From assembly GCA_026770705.1 (NCBI GenBank), contig JANJGN010000009.1, positions 35,526,001 to 35,590,000 on the forward strand: a stretch of DNA of 64,000 bases, written 5' to 3'. The notes below the pieces were generated by a model. The model had not been told where the DNA came from. It was given only the letters and a program-made list of their open reading frames with translations, and ran no database searches. Made by a program: the position numbers and the translations under genes. Shown in pieces: positions 61,414-64,000 of this stretch. Numbering within the stretch: the stretch's first letter is position 1; every line of letters begins with the position of its first letter. This DNA is from Isurus oxyrinchus. Lineage: Eukaryota.

Positions 61414-64000
61414 GGGTAGAATTTTCTGGCTGGCGGGAGGAGGGGGTGGGGGGAAGAGGTGGAGTGGGAGCGGGCATGGGCCTGATCACCACCTGCGATC
61501 GGGCCTGCGCCATCATTTTACACAGGCGGGCCAATTAAGGCACGCCCAGGGTGAATCGTGGCTCCCGAGGACAGCAGGAGTGGGCGGCCAGCAGCGGGAC
61601 TGCAATACCCGCTGGGTCCAATGGCGACCCGGCAGCCTATTTTAAAAAGTTGCTGCAGCCTTTCAAAGGATGCGAATCATGGCCAGTGGAAGGGCTCCCC
61701 AGAGCGCTGCTGCTGAGCAGGCCAAGCAAGAGGGTAGAGCAGGGGGGGCACTGTGTCCCTCATTTTTCCGATGATTGCCTTGCTGCCCTCCTCGAGGAGG
61801 TGACAGCACAGCGGGAGGTGCTCGTACCCCAGGACGGGAGGAGAAGGCCCCCCTACATGACCAAACGTGCCTGGGAGGAGGTGGTGGAGGTGGTGAGCTC
61901 TCAGGGTGCGGTGCGGTGCATCTGGATCCAGTGTCACAAGGGCCTCAATGACCTGTTGCGCTCAGAAAGGGAGAGTACAATGTTGGCATTGGTCACTTAA
62001 CCCAGCAGGTAGGCTGTCGTCTTCCAGCCCCGCCACCACCACCCCCCACCCACCCACCTCACCAAGTCTGAGTGTAGTGACTGCATTGAACCATTGATGG
62101 CATGTCTCCTTCTCTGGGTGGGCCAGTAGATATTGCCCATGCCAAGGTCACCCTGAGACTGTAGCGAACAGATGACTTCTGCCCCCGCAGCATGCAGTAC
62201 CCTGAGACCCACATTTCTGTTTTGGGGGCAACCTGGAGGAGCTGCATTTAGGTGCAGTGCTGGAACTCCAGGAATTGTCAAAGTCAGGGTGATGACATGC
62301 TGGGAGGGGAGCTTCAAGGTGGCGTGGCACCAATCGATCTGCTGTCCTTTGTAGTCCACGTGCTTGCGCCTCCTTGCTATGGAAGGTTAGACCTTGTGGT
62401 GCCTAATGTGTTGTAGGCAGTATTTGACCAAGGGGGTGGTGGGGGTAAACAGGCCTAGCATCTTTGTGTGCGTGTTCGACAGCAGTGGGGTGAGGAGACA
62501 TTGGAGCCCTGATATCTCCCACCCTGGTCGGGGTGGGCCGTCCACGAAGATAGTCCAGGTACAATTAGCATTAATCAATGCTCTTCTCTCCTTTTCAGGA
62601 GAAGAATGCACATAATGCAGCCGAGCGTGTGAGGACTGGCAGCGGGCCGGCACAGTTAATGATTCTCAGCTGCTTCGAGCAGGGGGCCCAAGATTTAGAG
62701 AGGCGCTATGCGCCCAGGTCCACCGGTGTTGGTGAGGCTGCGGTGCCACGGGCAGGTATGTTTGCCCAGCAGTGAGTTCACCATTGTTCTCCCAACAGCC
62801 ATGGCAGTGCTGGATGTTCAGTGATTGAAGTTTGCAACATGGCTTGACCATTGCTTATGAAAGGATAGTGCATAATGATCCAGGGGCCAGAGATGCACAT
62901 TGACATTGTCGCCGGGTTAACTGATCCAATGTCCTTGTTCTTCCTTTCAGCATCAGCGGAGCAGGGCTGGGAGGAGGAGCAGCAGGGCTACCTTCTCACA
63001 TCTGAGGGCCCAGAAGTCTCACCAGCATCGCACCATCGCTGCGAGGCAGGCACTAACATAGATACTAGCACCTCGGTGGGAATTCGAGCATTGGCTAGTG
63101 TTCTGGGGCACAGTGTTGATGGCACATCACAGCCGCTGGAGGAGCTGGCAGAGACAGAGAGCATCCATGAAGCCAGCAGTCGGAGGACTGCAGAAGACCA
63201 GGCACTTGCTCAGTCGGTGCCTGATGATGTGCCTCTGGAGTCGTCTACGACGTAGCAAGCACAAGAAATACAGCCGGGTATGTGGGAGCATCTGGGGGAG
63301 ATACTTGAGGTTATGCTTGGCTTGGTGCCCATGGTGGAAGAGTCTACACGGACTATCGCCGAAGCAATGAGCCTCATATCCGAGCGCCATGCGTCCTCCA
63401 TGGAGAGAGTGGTGACTCTCTTGGAGAGGCTCCTCCAGGAGGCCCATTAGGGCTTCCTGGAGATGTACTTGGACCAGCAAGTCCTCACATTGGCATTGAC
63501 ATCAGCTGGTCAGTGCCAGTGTGGAGATGGTCTGTCCACCAAGTTTCCCAGCTTGGTGCCCATCCACCCACAATGAGCAGGGAGGTCCAAAGTGACCTCA
63601 TGTTGGCGCAGCAGCTGCCTGTTGTCTCTGCTGGCTCCACTCAGGGCACTACGGATGAGTGCAGTTGCTCCTCCGTCCCCCTGCCAATGACCGTTGCATC
63701 ATGTGAGCCTGCAACGACTGGGGAGATGCCAGCTGTGGAACAGGCAGCTCCTTCCCAGGCAGGGCCAGCACAGGCTCCATGGGCCAGAGGACGCCCACCA
63801 AGGTCATCGAGGCCAACAGGACAGCAGAGTCAGCAGGTTGTCTCAGATGCCACTTCTAGCAAGGGCGCAGCACCAAGATGTAGCTCCTGAAAACGTAAAT
63901 ATAAGACACCTTAGGCACCTCACAGGTTTATCACTGGTGCTTTTGTGTTGGCCTGCAATGAGATCTTTATGAGTTGGTGTGATTTTGAACACCTTTATCA
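61414..64000 (+). mobile_element. Long Harbinger element (runs off the window) encoding a Myb/SANT-like protein
   Basis: Left TIR gggtagaatttt. Terminal ~140 bp resemble the MITE ends. GC-rich, with the Myb-like gene inside. Confidence 0.82.
61678..63913 (+). pseudogene. Three-exon Harbinger Myb/SANT-like gene (exon 1 to 61970; exon 2 62599-62755; exon 3 from 62951), start uncertain
   Basis: PHFSDDCLAALLEEV..AWEEVVEVVSS..CIWIQCHKGLNDLLRSER | EKNAHNAAERVRTGSG.. | ASAEQGW.. Phases 0 and 1 join in frame. Donor 1 is GAGAGT (mutated GTGAGT). Stops in exon 3. Confidence 0.75.

Noticed and set aside
61678-63913. Domesticated host gene (NAIF1/MSANTD-like)
   Set aside because: Mutated splice donor, in-frame stops, an adjacent TIR and insertion into a CR1 indicate a decayed transposon copy.

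Overview
Vertebrate non-coding genomic DNA, most likely shark/elasmobranch judging from the repeat families, with one assembly gap (10427-10590). I found no convincing host protein-coding exon. Nearly all ORF-track entries are decayed transposon fragments or chance ORFs. The window is a nested mosaic of: (A) decayed CR1-type LINEs; (B) a second, more divergent CR1-group LINE; a tRNA-derived SINE; Penelope-like 3' ends; LTR-like solo elements; and many PIF/Harbinger-type DNA elements with GGGCWGAATT-like termini and 3-bp target duplications. Most notable: (1) the near-full-length family-B LINE (760-4750, minus) has the tRNA-SINE head as its own 5' end, and the SINE equals LINE 5' end plus LINE 3' tail, with an independent deletion derivative at 8.7-9.0 kb supporting this; (2) Harbinger elements carry a three-exon Myb/SANT-like gene with conserved intron phases, together with related non-autonomous derivatives (1.27-kb exon-1 cassettes, ~690-bp hairpin-rich MITEs, a 111-bp MITE and a ~1.8-kb fold-back element). 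Family names come from motif recognition, not database searches, and many boundaries are approximate.
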